Part shown: positions 1-9,626 of the stretch, in pieces
Layout of the letters: each line of letters starts with the position of its first letter
How positions within the stretch are numbered: the first letter of the stretch is position 1
From: Thermoplasmatota archaeon
GTDB lineage: Archaea; Thermoplasmatota; E2; UBA202; JdFR-43
Direction: 5' to 3'
DNA: 64,000 nt
Assembly (NCBI GenBank): GCA_038818725.1
Contig: JAWAYL010000002.1
Coordinates: forward strand, 1,346-65,345
Translations under genes and position numbers: made by a program
The notes under the pieces: model-generated
The model's database searches: none
The model's input: only the letters and a program-made list of their open reading frames with translations
What the model was told of the DNA's origin: nothing

Positions 1-979
1 TAAAAAATGGAAGGAAAATTAAAATTGAAATTAGGGCATTTCTTAAATTGTTTAATTTCTTTAAAGGCAATGAAGGTGGATTAAAAGTTGCTGGACGATT
101 TGCAAGAATTTTTCTTATATAAAAAAATAGAAAGAGAGGAAGAAGAATATTGTAAAATATAATTATATGGAATATTGAGAATTTAAGTCCAATTACACTA
201 ACAGCGGGCAACATCGCTACAGTCGCAAGTGGCAGCATAAAACCAAGAGAATATATTATTAGAGTTGGTTGATGAAGCTTATTTGAGAAATCAATCATTA
301 AATCTCTTGTTCCTTCAAGAACAATATCCAGCGATCTATCAAGTGTTGAAATCCTATTTTCTTCTTTTTCCTTTACAGAATTTCTTATTAAATGAATTGC
401 TCTCTTAAAATATTCACTCCATTCCCCCCACAAATTTGAAAAATATGTTATTGCATCATCTATGCTTTTATGTATTCTTATCTCTAAATCCCATATAATT
501 TTTCTTAAATCTTTTGCAAGCGAAGTATTTGATTCTTTTGCTGCAAAATAAAAAGCTCTTTCAAGATTTGGAACAAGCTTAAGATACATTACTAAATAGG
601 ATATTACTTCTGGAATGTCCCCGAGGGAGCGAGCTTTCATATATTTTGCCTTTATCTTAGGATATTCACTTATATAATGCAATGAAAGAAGAGGAAAAAT
701 AAATAAAAGAATAATTATTAGAAAAATTGTTAAGAAACCCATATTTTTAATTGAAAAATCATAAATTGCAAAAATTGATATTGAAATAAAAATTGCAATT
801 AAAAAAGAAATTAGAGCGCAAATGTAAGAAAAATATATTATTTCATATGGTTCAAGCTCCGTTCCAATAAAATGCAAGCTATCAATAAATTCTTTTGAAA
901 CTTTTTTATTTATTTTTTCCTTATCCTCTTCCCTTATTTTTAATTTTCCAACAATTTTTTTACAAAAAATTTCAAACAT
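1..979 (-). CDS. Type IV pilus/archaellum assembly membrane protein (FlaJ/TadC, T2SS-F family), partial (runs off window start)
   Basis: Not in the ORF track because it is open to position 1. My manual translation of the minus strand from the ATG at 979-977 gives MFEIFCKKIVGKLKIREEDKEK...SLGFMLPLATVAMLPAVSVIGLKFSIFHIIIF..., with multiple predicted TM helices. The start overlaps the stop of the upstream ATPase by 8 nt (ATGTTTGA), the classic ATPase plus platform-protein pairing. Confidence 0.55.
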   Translation of the reverse strand, partial: MFEIFCKKIVGKLKIREEDKEKINKKVSKEFIDSLHFIGTELEPYEIIYFSYICALISFLIAIFISISIFAIYDFSIKNMGFLTIFLIIILLFIFPLLSLHYISEYPKIKAKYMKARSLGDIPEVISYLVMYLKLVPNLERAFYFAAKESNTSLAKDLRKIIWDLEIRIHKSIDDAITYFSNLWGEWSEYFKRAIHLIRNSVKEKEENRISTLDRSLDIVLEGTRDLMIDFSNKLHQPTLIIYSLGFMLPLATVAMLPAVSVIGLKFSIFHIIIFYNILLPLFLFFYIRKILANRPATFNPPSLPLKKLNNLRNALISILIFLPFF

Positions 980-3062
980 ATTTATTCAACCATTCATTCC
1001 ATTTTTCCTCAATTTCACGAAAATCTTTAGTTTCCTCAAGAATCGACCAATAGAAATTGTTTGCATCCCTCACAAATTTTGCATCTGTTCTTCCAATTTC
1101 AACAATTTTTTCTTTCATTCTCGCCCTCATCTTTATATTTTCTATTGCTTCTTCCATGCTTATTCCCCATTTCCTAGCTATTTTCCCTATTATCTCTGAT
1201 TGCCCCATATAAAATAAATCTGTTGCTTCAAGAATATCTTTTGAATAATCATATCTCATTATATCTGAAAAAATTTTATCAACATCTTCTTTTTCCCAAA
1301 TCTTACTTACTTCAGATATTTGAATAACCCTTCTTATTCTTTCAATTCCTCCTCTCGCTCTTATAGGTGATGCAATAACAACTATATCTGTTGCTTTAAA
1401 AGAAACCGGTGCGACGCCTATATCATAAACAATTCTATCAAAAACATCCCTCGATGTTGAGCCATGAATTGTTCCCATAACTAAGTTGCCAGCTGCCCCT
1501 ATTCTCATTGCTTCAAATAAAATTTTTGCCTCCTCACCACGAACTTCTCCCAAAATAATAACTGATTCTCCAAGCCTTAAAGCAGTTTTTATCGCTGTTT
1601 TTTCATCTATTCCTTCACTGCTTATAGCTGATTTCGTAACCAGTGATTGAATTTTATAACCTAATCTCTGGAGTTCATCTACTGGTAGCTCAGGAGTATC
1701 TTCTATAGTAAGAATTCTATATCTCTGGGGTATTTCAAGCATTAGTGAAGAAAGCAAGGATGTTTTACCAGCTCCTCTTGAGCCAGCAATTAAAATTGTT
1801 GCCTGCCCATCAACAAAAAAACTCAGCAAGCCAGCAGCAAGCGGAGATAGCATTTTACATGAAATAAATTTTGGAAGTGTCCATAATTCGGATGCATGCC
1901 TTCTTATTGCAAATGCTATTCCTTTTGGTGTTAGTGGCGGGGAAATTGCCGTAATGCGCGAGCCATATTGGGGGAGACCAACATCCATCACTGGAATTGC
2001 CTCTGAAAAACCTCTCCCACTTAAGCTTCTCAGACGAGATGATAATGCTTCAATGTCATTTTCTGAAAAATATATGTTTGTTACATATTCTTCTCCATCA
2101 AGAATTATATGAAGAGGGTTATAGGTTACAGGAGCATTTATATAAATATCCTGTATTTTTTTATCAGCAAGTAAATCTTCTAATATTCCAAATCCTGAAG
2201 TATATTTTGCAAAAACATCAGCCAAAAAGTCTATTCTCTCGCTACTAATTTTATATTTAATATTTTCTGCTATTTCCATTATTTTTTCCTTTCCAAATCT
2301 ATAAAAATATTCTCTTGCTCTTTCCGTATCGATAAATGAAATATCAGTTGGCCTGTGTTTTGCAAGTTTTTCCTTTGCTTTAATAAGTATTTTAAGCTCT
2401 TCAAGGCTTAAATTATATTCAGGAGGTATTATAAAATACAATTTTTCAGCTCTTCTCTTCAGTTCATATAAAGAAACTTTTATACTGCTTCTTTCCTTTT
2501 TTATTTCATAACTTTTAATAAAAACTGCATCATTTGGAGGATTGTATTCAATTGAAGTATCGAAAAATATTGGCCTAACATAAATTCTTATATCTTCATA
2601 AGAGATGTGTTTTATCTTTTCAAAATTTTTTATTATATCTGATATTCTTTTTAAATTTTCGTTTCTGCAATAGTTACATTCTTCTTTTCTTAAAACAAAA
2701 GGCTTTTTAAATTTAAATGCTATATCTAAAAATTTATAAAAAGATTTTATCTGGTCTTTTTTACTTAAATCTATTGCGGATTTTATTTCTTTATTCAATA
2801 TGCAATCTTCGCAATTTAATTTAATAGATGATATTTCCTCCATAAATTTTGAAATTTCAATAAGATTTTCTAAAGCTTCTCCTTCTATTATCTTTACAAA
2901 ATAATGGCTCAATCTTATTCTATCGATTTTTCCTTCTTTTTCAATTATTTCAAGAATCTCTTTTCTGCAATTTTCATCTATAAGTGAAGAAGAATATTTA
3001 CATGAATAGCAATCTATTTCAATTACACTCGCTCCCCCTTCTTTAACAATCCTATAACTCAT
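972..3062 (-). CDS. FlaI/GspE/VirB11-family secretion/pilus ATPase with ~340-aa Cys-containing N-terminal extension
   Basis: 696 aa. Walker A LIAGSRGAGKTSLLSSLMLEI, a Walker B/Asp box region and a His box are typical of GspE/FlaI ATPases. The N-terminal 340 aa carry CxxC pairs (CYSC, CEDC, CNYC). Confidence 0.8.
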   Translation of the reverse strand: MSYRIVKEGGASVIEIDCYSCKYSSSLIDENCRKEILEIIEKEGKIDRIRLSHYFVKIIEGEALENLIEISKFMEEISSIKLNCEDCILNKEIKSAIDLSKKDQIKSFYKFLDIAFKFKKPFVLRKEECNYCRNENLKRISDIIKNFEKIKHISYEDIRIYVRPIFFDTSIEYNPPNDAVFIKSYEIKKERSSIKVSLYELKRRAEKLYFIIPPEYNLSLEELKILIKAKEKLAKHRPTDISFIDTERAREYFYRFGKEKIMEIAENIKYKISSERIDFLADVFAKYTSGFGILEDLLADKKIQDIYINAPVTYNPLHIILDGEEYVTNIYFSENDIEALSSRLRSLSGRGFSEAIPVMDVGLPQYGSRITAISPPLTPKGIAFAIRRHASELWTLPKFISCKMLSPLAAGLLSFFVDGQATILIAGSRGAGKTSLLSSLMLEIPQRYRILTIEDTPELPVDELQRLGYKIQSLVTKSAISSEGIDEKTAIKTALRLGESVIILGEVRGEEAKILFEAMRIGAAGNLVMGTIHGSTSRDVFDRIVYDIGVAPVSFKATDIVVIASPIRARGGIERIRRVIQISEVSKIWEKEDVDKIFSDIMRYDYSKDILEATDLFYMGQSEIIGKIARKWGISMEEAIENIKMRARMKEKIVEIGRTDAKFVRDANNFYWSILEETKDFREIEEKWNEWLNKYV

Positions 3063-3097
3063 TCAAAAATTTAATTTATTATTCAAATATATATTTT

Positions 3098-4321
3098 ATG
3101 GATAAAAAATACATACTTGGAAGAAAAGATTCCGATGAAAAATCTGTTCTGAATATAGGAAAATATTATGCATTGGATGGCTCGCTTGGAGCTCCAGTAT
3201 TTTTAGACATTTCAAAGCCCCATATAGTTTTTATTTGTGGAAAGAGAGGATATGGAAAATCCTATACCATTGGAGTTTTTCTTGAAGAATTTTACTCACT
3301 TGAAGAAGAAATAAGAAAAAACATTTCTTTTATTGTTGCCGATACTCTTGGAATTTTCTGGACAAGCATTTTTCCAAATAAAAGAGAGATTGAAAGCTTA
3401 AAAAGATGGGGAATTGATGCAAGTGGTATAGAAATTGAGATTTTTTCATCTCCTGAATTAGTTAGCTATTATAGAAAATTTGGAATAAAAGCAAATGAAA
3501 TTTCAATAGCAACTTCTTATCTTAAAACATTTCACTGGTGCAGACTTTTTGGTATCTCTCCTAACTCTATGGAAGGAATTGCAATATCAAGAGCAATATG
3601 GGAAATGGAAGGAAAATATGATATAGATGACATAATAGAGAAAATAAGAGATGATGAAGAAATAAGCAATGAAACAAAGCTTGCCTGCATAAATTTTTTT
3701 GTTATGGCAAAAAATTTGAAAATATTTGCAAAAGAGGGAATAAATTTATCAGATATAGCAAAAAGAGGGAAAATATCGGTAATTGATTTAAGTTCTTATG
3801 ATGAAAGTATAAAAGAAGTAATTTTAAGCATTTTAGGAGAAATTATTTTTTATGAAAGAATTATTGAAAGAAAAAAAGATGAAGAAAGGGAAATAGGATT
3901 TTCAAAAGCAGAGCAAAATTTGCCTTTCATATGGCTTGTAATAGATGAAGCACATATTTTTCTCTCAAAAGAGGATAGAATAACAAAAGATGTTTTTATA
4001 AAGAAATGGCTCCGCCAGGGGCGCCAGCCTGGCCTAAGCCTAATTTTAGCGACTCAAAGAGCAAGCTCAATGGACAGTGAAGTAGTGGCTCATGCAGATA
4101 TAATTATCTGCCACCGCCTCACTTCGCAAGAGGATATAGATGCAATGAATAATGTTAGACCAACTTACATGAGAGAAAGCATAGGGGAGGCAATTAAAAA
4201 AATGGGGAGTGAGAAAGGGGTTGCTTTAATAATAGATGATGTGACCGAAGTTAGTCATTTAGTGAAGATTAGGCCGAGGAAAAGCTGGCATGGAGGAGGA
4301 GAGCCAAGCATAGCTATTTAG
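3098..4321 (+). CDS. HerA/FtsK-superfamily P-loop ATPase (DUF87-like)
   Basis: P-loop FICGKRGYGKSYT, Walker B LVIDEAHIF, and the FtsK/HerA-type ILATQRASSMD motif with conserved Q. Confidence 0.5.
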   Translation: MDKKYILGRKDSDEKSVLNIGKYYALDGSLGAPVFLDISKPHIVFICGKRGYGKSYTIGVFLEEFYSLEEEIRKNISFIVADTLGIFWTSIFPNKREIESLKRWGIDASGIEIEIFSSPELVSYYRKFGIKANEISIATSYLKTFHWCRLFGISPNSMEGIAISRAIWEMEGKYDIDDIIEKIRDDEEISNETKLACINFFVMAKNLKIFAKEGINLSDIAKRGKISVIDLSSYDESIKEVILSILGEIIFYERIIERKKDEEREIGFSKAEQNLPFIWLVIDEAHIFLSKEDRITKDVFIKKWLRQGRQPGLSLILATQRASSMDSEVVAHADIIICHRLTSQEDIDAMNNVRPTYMRESIGEAIKKMGSEKGVALIIDDVTEVSHLVKIRPRKSWHGGGEPSIAI

Positions 4322-4372
4322 CAAAAATTTTTTCATTAAAAAATAAAATATATTTGGAAGATATTACTCTCA

Positions 4373-5146
4373 ATGAACCCACTTATGCCAGTAAAGGGGA
4401 AAATAATTGAAAAAAGAAAAATAAATGATAAAAAATTTTTGAGAATCGAGGCAGAAAACTTTAATTTTATTCCAGGACAATTTGTAGAGATATCTCTTGC
4501 TGGAATTGGAGAATTTCCAATATCGATATGCTCCCCACCCTATGAAAAAAATTTTTTTGAAATTTGCATAAGAAAAGTTGGAAGAGCAACTTCTTTCTTC
4601 TATAATATAGATGAAATTGATTATGTTTTTTATAGAGGGCCGTATGGAAATGGCTTTCCAATGGAAAAACTGAAAGGGAAAAATATTGTCGCAATCATAG
4701 GAGGGCTTGGTATACTGCCATTAAGAAGTTTTATAAAAGAAGCTATTCATTCAAAAATTTATAATCAGATAAAAATTCTTTATGGAGCGAGGAGCAAGGA
4801 CGAAATTATATTTCCAGAAGAAATTGAAGAATGGAAAAAGCATGCTGAGGTATATGAAATTTTTGAAAAAGAAGGAGAAAAAAGAGGTTTTGTAACTGAA
4901 TTATTAAATGATATAGTTTTTGATGGGGACGAATATCTTCTTATATGTGGTCCGCCTGCAATGTTTAAGCCAGTTATAGAAAAAGCTATAAAAAGAGGAG
5001 CAAATGAAGAAAATATATATTTGTCTGTTGAAAGAAGAATGAAATGTGGCATTGGAAAATGTGGGCATTGTATTGTTGGAAGCTATTATGCATGCATTGA
5101 TGGTCCTGTTTTTGAGTATGTTAAATATAAGCATGCTATTTTATAG
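4373..5146 (+). CDS. PyrK/NfnA/HydG-family FAD/NAD(P)-binding oxidoreductase subunit with C-terminal [2Fe-2S] motif
   Basis: 257 aa. A ferredoxin-reductase-like fold (RGPYGNGF, GGLGILP) and a C-terminal CGIGKCGHC...C cluster motif, as in sulfide dehydrogenase beta / NfnA / hydrogenase gamma. First gene of a 6-gene translationally coupled operon. Confidence 0.7.
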   Translation: MNPLMPVKGKIIEKRKINDKKFLRIEAENFNFIPGQFVEISLAGIGEFPISICSPPYEKNFFEICIRKVGRATSFFYNIDEIDYVFYRGPYGNGFPMEKLKGKNIVAIIGGLGILPLRSFIKEAIHSKIYNQIKILYGARSKDEIIFPEEIEEWKKHAEVYEIFEKEGEKRGFVTELLNDIVFDGDEYLLICGPPAMFKPVIEKAIKRGANEENIYLSVERRMKCGIGKCGHCIVGSYYACIDGPVFEYVKYKHAIL

Positions 5147-5167
5147 CAAGTAAATGATAAATAAGAG

Positions 5168-5638
5168 ATGATAATTATTTCAGCAATGCTTGTATATAAA
5201 CAATTTCCAGTTTCGATAAATCAAGAAAAATGCTCAAAATGCAGAATATGTGTCTCAATATGTGATTGTTTTTCTTATGATAAAGAAAGGAGCATTATTT
5301 TATTAAATAATATTTCCTGCAAGGGCTGCGGGGTTTGCACCGCTTCCTGCCCTTCTTCTGCTATATCGCATATCCAAGATGATTCGTTTTTTTATTTCTC
5401 TGAAAAAAAGGAGGTAAATGAGCTTGAATGTGAAAAATGTCTTTATGAATTTGTTGAAAGAGAAGATTCAGTAATTTTTTGTGATAGAAGATTTGATATT
5501 GGAATTGCTATTAAAAAATTTTGCGAAGGAAAGAGAATAGAAGTAAAGAAGTGCATTTTTTCAGACAAGCTAGTAGAAAATGAAAAATTCAGAAAATTTT
5601 CAAAAATTGTTCATCTGTTTGGTGTAGAAAATGATTGA
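5168..5638 (+). CDS. 2x[4Fe-4S] ferredoxin-like protein
   Basis: Motifs CSKCRICVSICDC and CKGCGVCTASCP. Its stop overlaps the next gene start (5631/5638). Confidence 0.6.
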   Translation: MIIISAMLVYKQFPVSINQEKCSKCRICVSICDCFSYDKERSIILLNNISCKGCGVCTASCPSSAISHIQDDSFFYFSEKKEVNELECEKCLYEFVEREDSVIFCDRRFDIGIAIKKFCEGKRIEVKKCIFSDKLVENEKFRKFSKIVHLFGVEND

Positions 5639-6689
5639 AGATATAATAACGAGAAGCAAAGCATATTATTGCGTTGAATGCAGGAAATGTAGTTCTGCAT
5701 GTCCAGTTACAAGAGTTTATGGAAAATTTTCTCCAGCAAGTATGGTAGAACACTCTCTGATTGGCATAGAAGATGAAATAATTTATTCATATGATATATG
5801 GAAATGCCTCACTTGTGGAATTTGTGAGAAGATATGCCCCTCTGGTGTGGATTTTTTAAGCTTTATAAAAGAAATAAGAGAAATTGCAAGAGAAAATAAA
5901 AATTTTGGAATCTCAGCACATGAAAATATTTTTGAAGAAGTAGCTTGCTTATTTGGAAAAAATGATATATTTTTAGAAATGAATGATGTAGAGATAGATG
6001 ACAAATCAAAAATTCTCTATTTTGCGGGCTGTTTGCCAATATATGATGTATTTTTTGATAGCATCGGATTCAATGGCATTGCTATTGCAAAAAATACAAT
6101 TAAGATTTTGAATTATTTTGATATAGTTCCATCTGTAATATTTTCATGCTGTGGGCACGATGCTTTATGGAGTGGAAATAAAGGAATTTTTGAAAAAATG
6201 AAAAGAAAAAATATGGAAAAAATTAAAAATTTTGAAAAAATAATATTTTCCTGCCCTGAATGCTACAGAACTTTTAAATTTGATTATAAAGCAAATGTTG
6301 AAATGATGCATATTTCAGAATTCCTTGCAAAAAAAGATTTTGAAGAGAATTTAAATAAAATTTGTACAATTCATGATTCGTGCAGGCTCGGCCGCCATTT
6401 GGGAATTTATGATGAGCCAAGAGAAGCTCTTAAAAAAATTGGATGTGAAATAAAGGAAATGGAGCATTCTCGCGAAGCCTCGATCTGCTGCTCTACTTCT
6501 GCATGGATGGCATGCGACTGGATGGCGGAACAGTTAAGAAAAGAAAGGCTTGCTGAAGCGGAAGAGCAGGCAAATTTGCTCATCACTACTTGCCATAAAT
6601 GCAAAATTCATTTCTTATGCACAATGAGTCATGAAAAATATAATATCGAAGTAAAGGATTTGGTTGAAGTTATTGGAGAGGCCATATGA
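5631..6689 (+). CDS. hdrD: HdrD-like heterodisulfide reductase subunit (HdrC ferredoxin domain fused to HdrB CCG domains)
   Basis: N-terminal CVECRKCSSACP and CLTCGICEKICP (HdrC-like). The C-terminal half has two CCG-type Cys-rich motifs (FSCCGHDALW...CPEC and DSCRLGRH...ICCSTSA...CHKC), as in HdrB/HdrD. No HdrE-like membrane subunit is present. Confidence 0.75.
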   Translation: MIEDIITRSKAYYCVECRKCSSACPVTRVYGKFSPASMVEHSLIGIEDEIIYSYDIWKCLTCGICEKICPSGVDFLSFIKEIREIARENKNFGISAHENIFEEVACLFGKNDIFLEMNDVEIDDKSKILYFAGCLPIYDVFFDSIGFNGIAIAKNTIKILNYFDIVPSVIFSCCGHDALWSGNKGIFEKMKRKNMEKIKNFEKIIFSCPECYRTFKFDYKANVEMMHISEFLAKKDFEENLNKICTIHDSCRLGRHLGIYDEPREALKKIGCEIKEMEHSREASICCSTSAWMACDWMAEQLRKERLAEAEEQANLLITTCHKCKIHFLCTMSHEKYNIEVKDLVEVIGEAI

Positions 6690-7960
6690 AGAATGTGCTT
6701 ATAATAGGAGGAGGCGTTGCTGGAATACAGGCGGCGCTTGACCTTGCGGATCAAGGCATACATGTTTATTTAGTTGAAAAAGAGCCAAGCATCGGCGGAA
6801 GAATGGCTTTGCTTGATAAAACAATGTCAACAAATGATTGCAGTATATGCATTCTTGCCCCTAAAATGAATGAATGCGCATCTCATCCAAATATAGAAAT
6901 TCTTGAATATTCTGAAGTTATTGGGCTTGAGGGAAATGCTGGAAATTTTAAGGTTAAAGTTAAAAGAAAGGCAAAATATGTTGATTCAAGCAAATGCACT
7001 GGATGTGGTGATTGCATGGAAAAATGTCCTACTGAAGTTCCAAATGAATACAATAGCTATATCGATAAAAGGAAGGCAATTTTTCTTCCATTTCCTCAAT
7101 CGGTTCCAAGAAAGGCAACAATTGATAAAAGATATTGCTTGAAATTGAATAAAAATAGATGCGGTCTTTGCCAGAAAATATGCAAGGCAAAGGCGATAGA
7201 TTATAGCCAAGAAGATAAGATAATTGAGCTTGATGCCGCCTCAATAATAGTTGCAACAGGTTTAGAAGTATATAATCCATATGATATTAAAGAATATGGT
7301 TATGGAAAATTTGCAAATGTGCATAGTTGGATTGAATATGAAAGGCTTATAAATGCATCTGGTCCAACTCATGGACATTTAAAATGTGCTCCAGATGGAA
7401 GAAGACCCAAGAGAATTGCATTTATTCAATGCGTTGGCTCTAGAGATGTTAAAAGATGCGAATGGTGCTCTTCTGTCTGCTGTATGGTTTCAATAAAAAG
7501 TGCAATGCTTGCAAACGAGCATTACAATGATATCGAATCCTTCATATTTTATTCAGATTTAAGAGTTTTCAGTAAAAGATTTTATGAATATAGCAAAAGA
7601 GGAGAAAAAGATTACAAAATTACTTACATACATGCTCGTCCAGGAGAAATAAAAGAAGATAGGCATACAAAAAATCTGATAATATATTATGAAGATGAAA
7701 AGGAAGGAAAAGTAAAAGAGCTTGAAGTAGAGATGGTTATTCTTGCAACTCCAATAATGCCTTCAAAAAGCAATCTCGAAATTTCAAAAATTCTTGAAAT
7801 AGAGCTTGATAAATATGGATTTATAAAAACAAATGAAGTTGAAACAACAAGAAAAGGCATATATGCTGCTGGTTGCTGTTGCTCGCCGAAAGACATAACT
7901 GAAAGCGTTTATCAGGCAAGCGCTGCCGCATGCAGGGCAGCGGAGTGGTGCCATGCCTAG
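6686..7960 (+). CDS. hdrA: HdrA-like flavoprotein paralog (FAD/TrxR-like domain plus inserted ferredoxin domain; lacks HdrA N- and C-terminal domains)
   Basis: GxGxxG motif MKNVLIIGGGVAGIQAALDLA, inserted 2x[4Fe-4S] motifs CTGCGDCMEKCP and CGLCQKICKA, and a CSSVCCMVS motif. 424 aa, much shorter than the canonical ~650 aa. Confidence 0.75.
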   Translation: MKNVLIIGGGVAGIQAALDLADQGIHVYLVEKEPSIGGRMALLDKTMSTNDCSICILAPKMNECASHPNIEILEYSEVIGLEGNAGNFKVKVKRKAKYVDSSKCTGCGDCMEKCPTEVPNEYNSYIDKRKAIFLPFPQSVPRKATIDKRYCLKLNKNRCGLCQKICKAKAIDYSQEDKIIELDAASIIVATGLEVYNPYDIKEYGYGKFANVHSWIEYERLINASGPTHGHLKCAPDGRRPKRIAFIQCVGSRDVKRCEWCSSVCCMVSIKSAMLANEHYNDIESFIFYSDLRVFSKRFYEYSKRGEKDYKITYIHARPGEIKEDRHTKNLIIYYEDEKEGKVKELEVEMVILATPIMPSKSNLEISKILEIELDKYGFIKTNEVETTRKGIYAAGCCCSPKDITESVYQASAAACRAAEWCHA

Positions 7961-9626
7961 AATAGGAGTTTTTATCTGCGACTGTGGAACAAATATAGCT
8001 GGCTTTTTAGATGTGCCTGCGGTATGTGAATATGCAAAAAGTTTGCCTGATGTAGTTTATGTAAAGGAAAATATGTATACTTGTTCAAATGCAGGCTTGC
8101 AAGAGATAATGAATGCAATTAAAGAGTATAATCTTGATAGAGTTGTTGTTGCATCATGCACGCCACGAACTCATGAACCACTTTTCAGAAAAGCATGTGA
8201 AATGGCTGGACTAAATAAATTTTTATTTGAATTTGTGAATATACGCGACCAATGCTCATGGGTCCATCAAAAAGAAAGAGAAAAAGCTACAGAAAAAGCA
8301 AAAGATTTGGTAAGAATGGGAGTTGCAAAAGCTCGCCTTCTTGAGCCTCTTGAGGAGATAAAAATAAGTGTGGAAAGAGCATGCCTTATTATAGGAGGTG
8401 GAATTTCTGGTTTAACCTCAGCTATTGCACTCGCAAAAAAAGGCATAGAGGTACATTTAGTGGAAAAAGATGAAAAGCTTGGAGGGATTTTAAACAATAT
8501 TTACAGAGTTTATCCAGATGATGAGGAGGCAATTGAAATTTTAGAGGATATTATTGAAGAAGTTAAAAAATATAAAAATATAAATATATATCTATCAAGC
8601 GAGGTGGAGAAAGTAGATGGATATATAGGGAATTTTAATGTAAAAATAAAAGGAAAAATAAATAAGGAGATAAAAGTAGGAACAATAATTGTTGCAATAG
8701 GAGCAAAACCATATCAACCAGCATACATGTATAACTATCAGGAATATGAAAATATAATAACTCAGATTGAGCTTGAAGAAATGCTTAAAGAAAATAAAAT
8801 AAAAGGAAAGAATTTTGTCTTTATTCAATGTGTTGGAGGAAGGGGAGAAAGGGTGAGATATTGCTCAAGAATATGTTGCATGAATTCAATAAAAAATGCA
8901 AGAATAATAAAGAAATTAATTCCTGATTCAAATGTTTATATAATTCATAAGGGCTTGCAGACATATGGAGTTAAATATGAAGAATATGTAAGGAAGGCAA
9001 GAGAGGAAGGTGTTAGATTTATAAGAGTAAGAGATGAAATTCCAACAGTTTCATCAATTGAAAGAAAAGATGGAAGAATTGTTGTTGGGTTCTATCATCC
9101 TGGACTAAGAAGAAAGATTGAATTGCCCGCAGATTTAGTAATTCTTTCAACACCTCTCGTAGAAAGTGAAGATGCAAAAAGAATATCTCAAATGCTAAAA
9201 GTTCCTCTTGGGCTGGATGGCTTTTTCTTTGAGGCGCATGTAAAGTTGCGCCCCGTAGATTTTGCAACAGATGGTATTTATATGTGTGGTTCATGCAGGG
9301 CGCCCGCAAGCATTGAGGAAGCAAAAATTCAAGCTTTAGCTGCTGCTGGAAGAGCATTAATTCCTATGGCAAATGGTTTTGTTAAAGTTGAGCCATATAC
9401 ACCATATATTGATGAGGAAAAATGCAGGGCTTGTGGGATGTGTGTTGAAGTATGTCCTTATGGAGCAATGAGGATTGTTGAAAAAAATGGTAAAAAAGTG
9501 GCGGAAAACATACAAGCAGCTTGTAAAGGATGTGGAGCTTGCTCTTCTTCCTGCATTCACAAGGCAATTGATATGAGGCATTTCAGTGATAAACAAATAA
9601 TTGCTGAAATAGAGGTGATAGATTGA
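7953..9626 (+). CDS. hdrA: HdrA heterodisulfide reductase subunit A (N-terminal 4-Cys domain + FAD domain + C-terminal 2x[4Fe-4S] ferredoxin; no inserted ferredoxin)
   Basis: N-terminus PRIGVFICDCGTNIAG...VASCTPRTHE; FAD motif CLIIGGGISGLTSAIALA; YCSRICCMNS; C-terminus CRACGMCVEVCP and CKGCGACSSSCIH. Overlaps the neighbouring genes by 8 nt (start) and 4 nt (stop). Confidence 0.8.
   Translation: MPRIGVFICDCGTNIAGFLDVPAVCEYAKSLPDVVYVKENMYTCSNAGLQEIMNAIKEYNLDRVVVASCTPRTHEPLFRKACEMAGLNKFLFEFVNIRDQCSWVHQKEREKATEKAKDLVRMGVAKARLLEPLEEIKISVERACLIIGGGISGLTSAIALAKKGIEVHLVEKDEKLGGILNNIYRVYPDDEEAIEILEDIIEEVKKYKNINIYLSSEVEKVDGYIGNFNVKIKGKINKEIKVGTIIVAIGAKPYQPAYMYNYQEYENIITQIELEEMLKENKIKGKNFVFIQCVGGRGERVRYCSRICCMNSIKNARIIKKLIPDSNVYIIHKGLQTYGVKYEEYVRKAREEGVRFIRVRDEIPTVSSIERKDGRIVVGFYHPGLRRKIELPADLVILSTPLVESEDAKRISQMLKVPLGLDGFFFEAHVKLRPVDFATDGIYMCGSCRAPASIEEAKIQALAAAGRALIPMANGFVKVEPYTPYIDEEKCRACGMCVEVCPYGAMRIVEKNGKKVAENIQAACKGCGACSSSCIHKAIDMRHFSDKQIIAEIEVID

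Noticed and set aside
1997-2248. Small ORFs embedded antisense in the pilus ATPase. The many 60-145 aa ORFs inside cdc48, polD, hdr, GluRS, csm and similar genes are of the same kind.
   Set aside because: All are shadow ORFs of longer, motif-supported genes. None has independent evidence.
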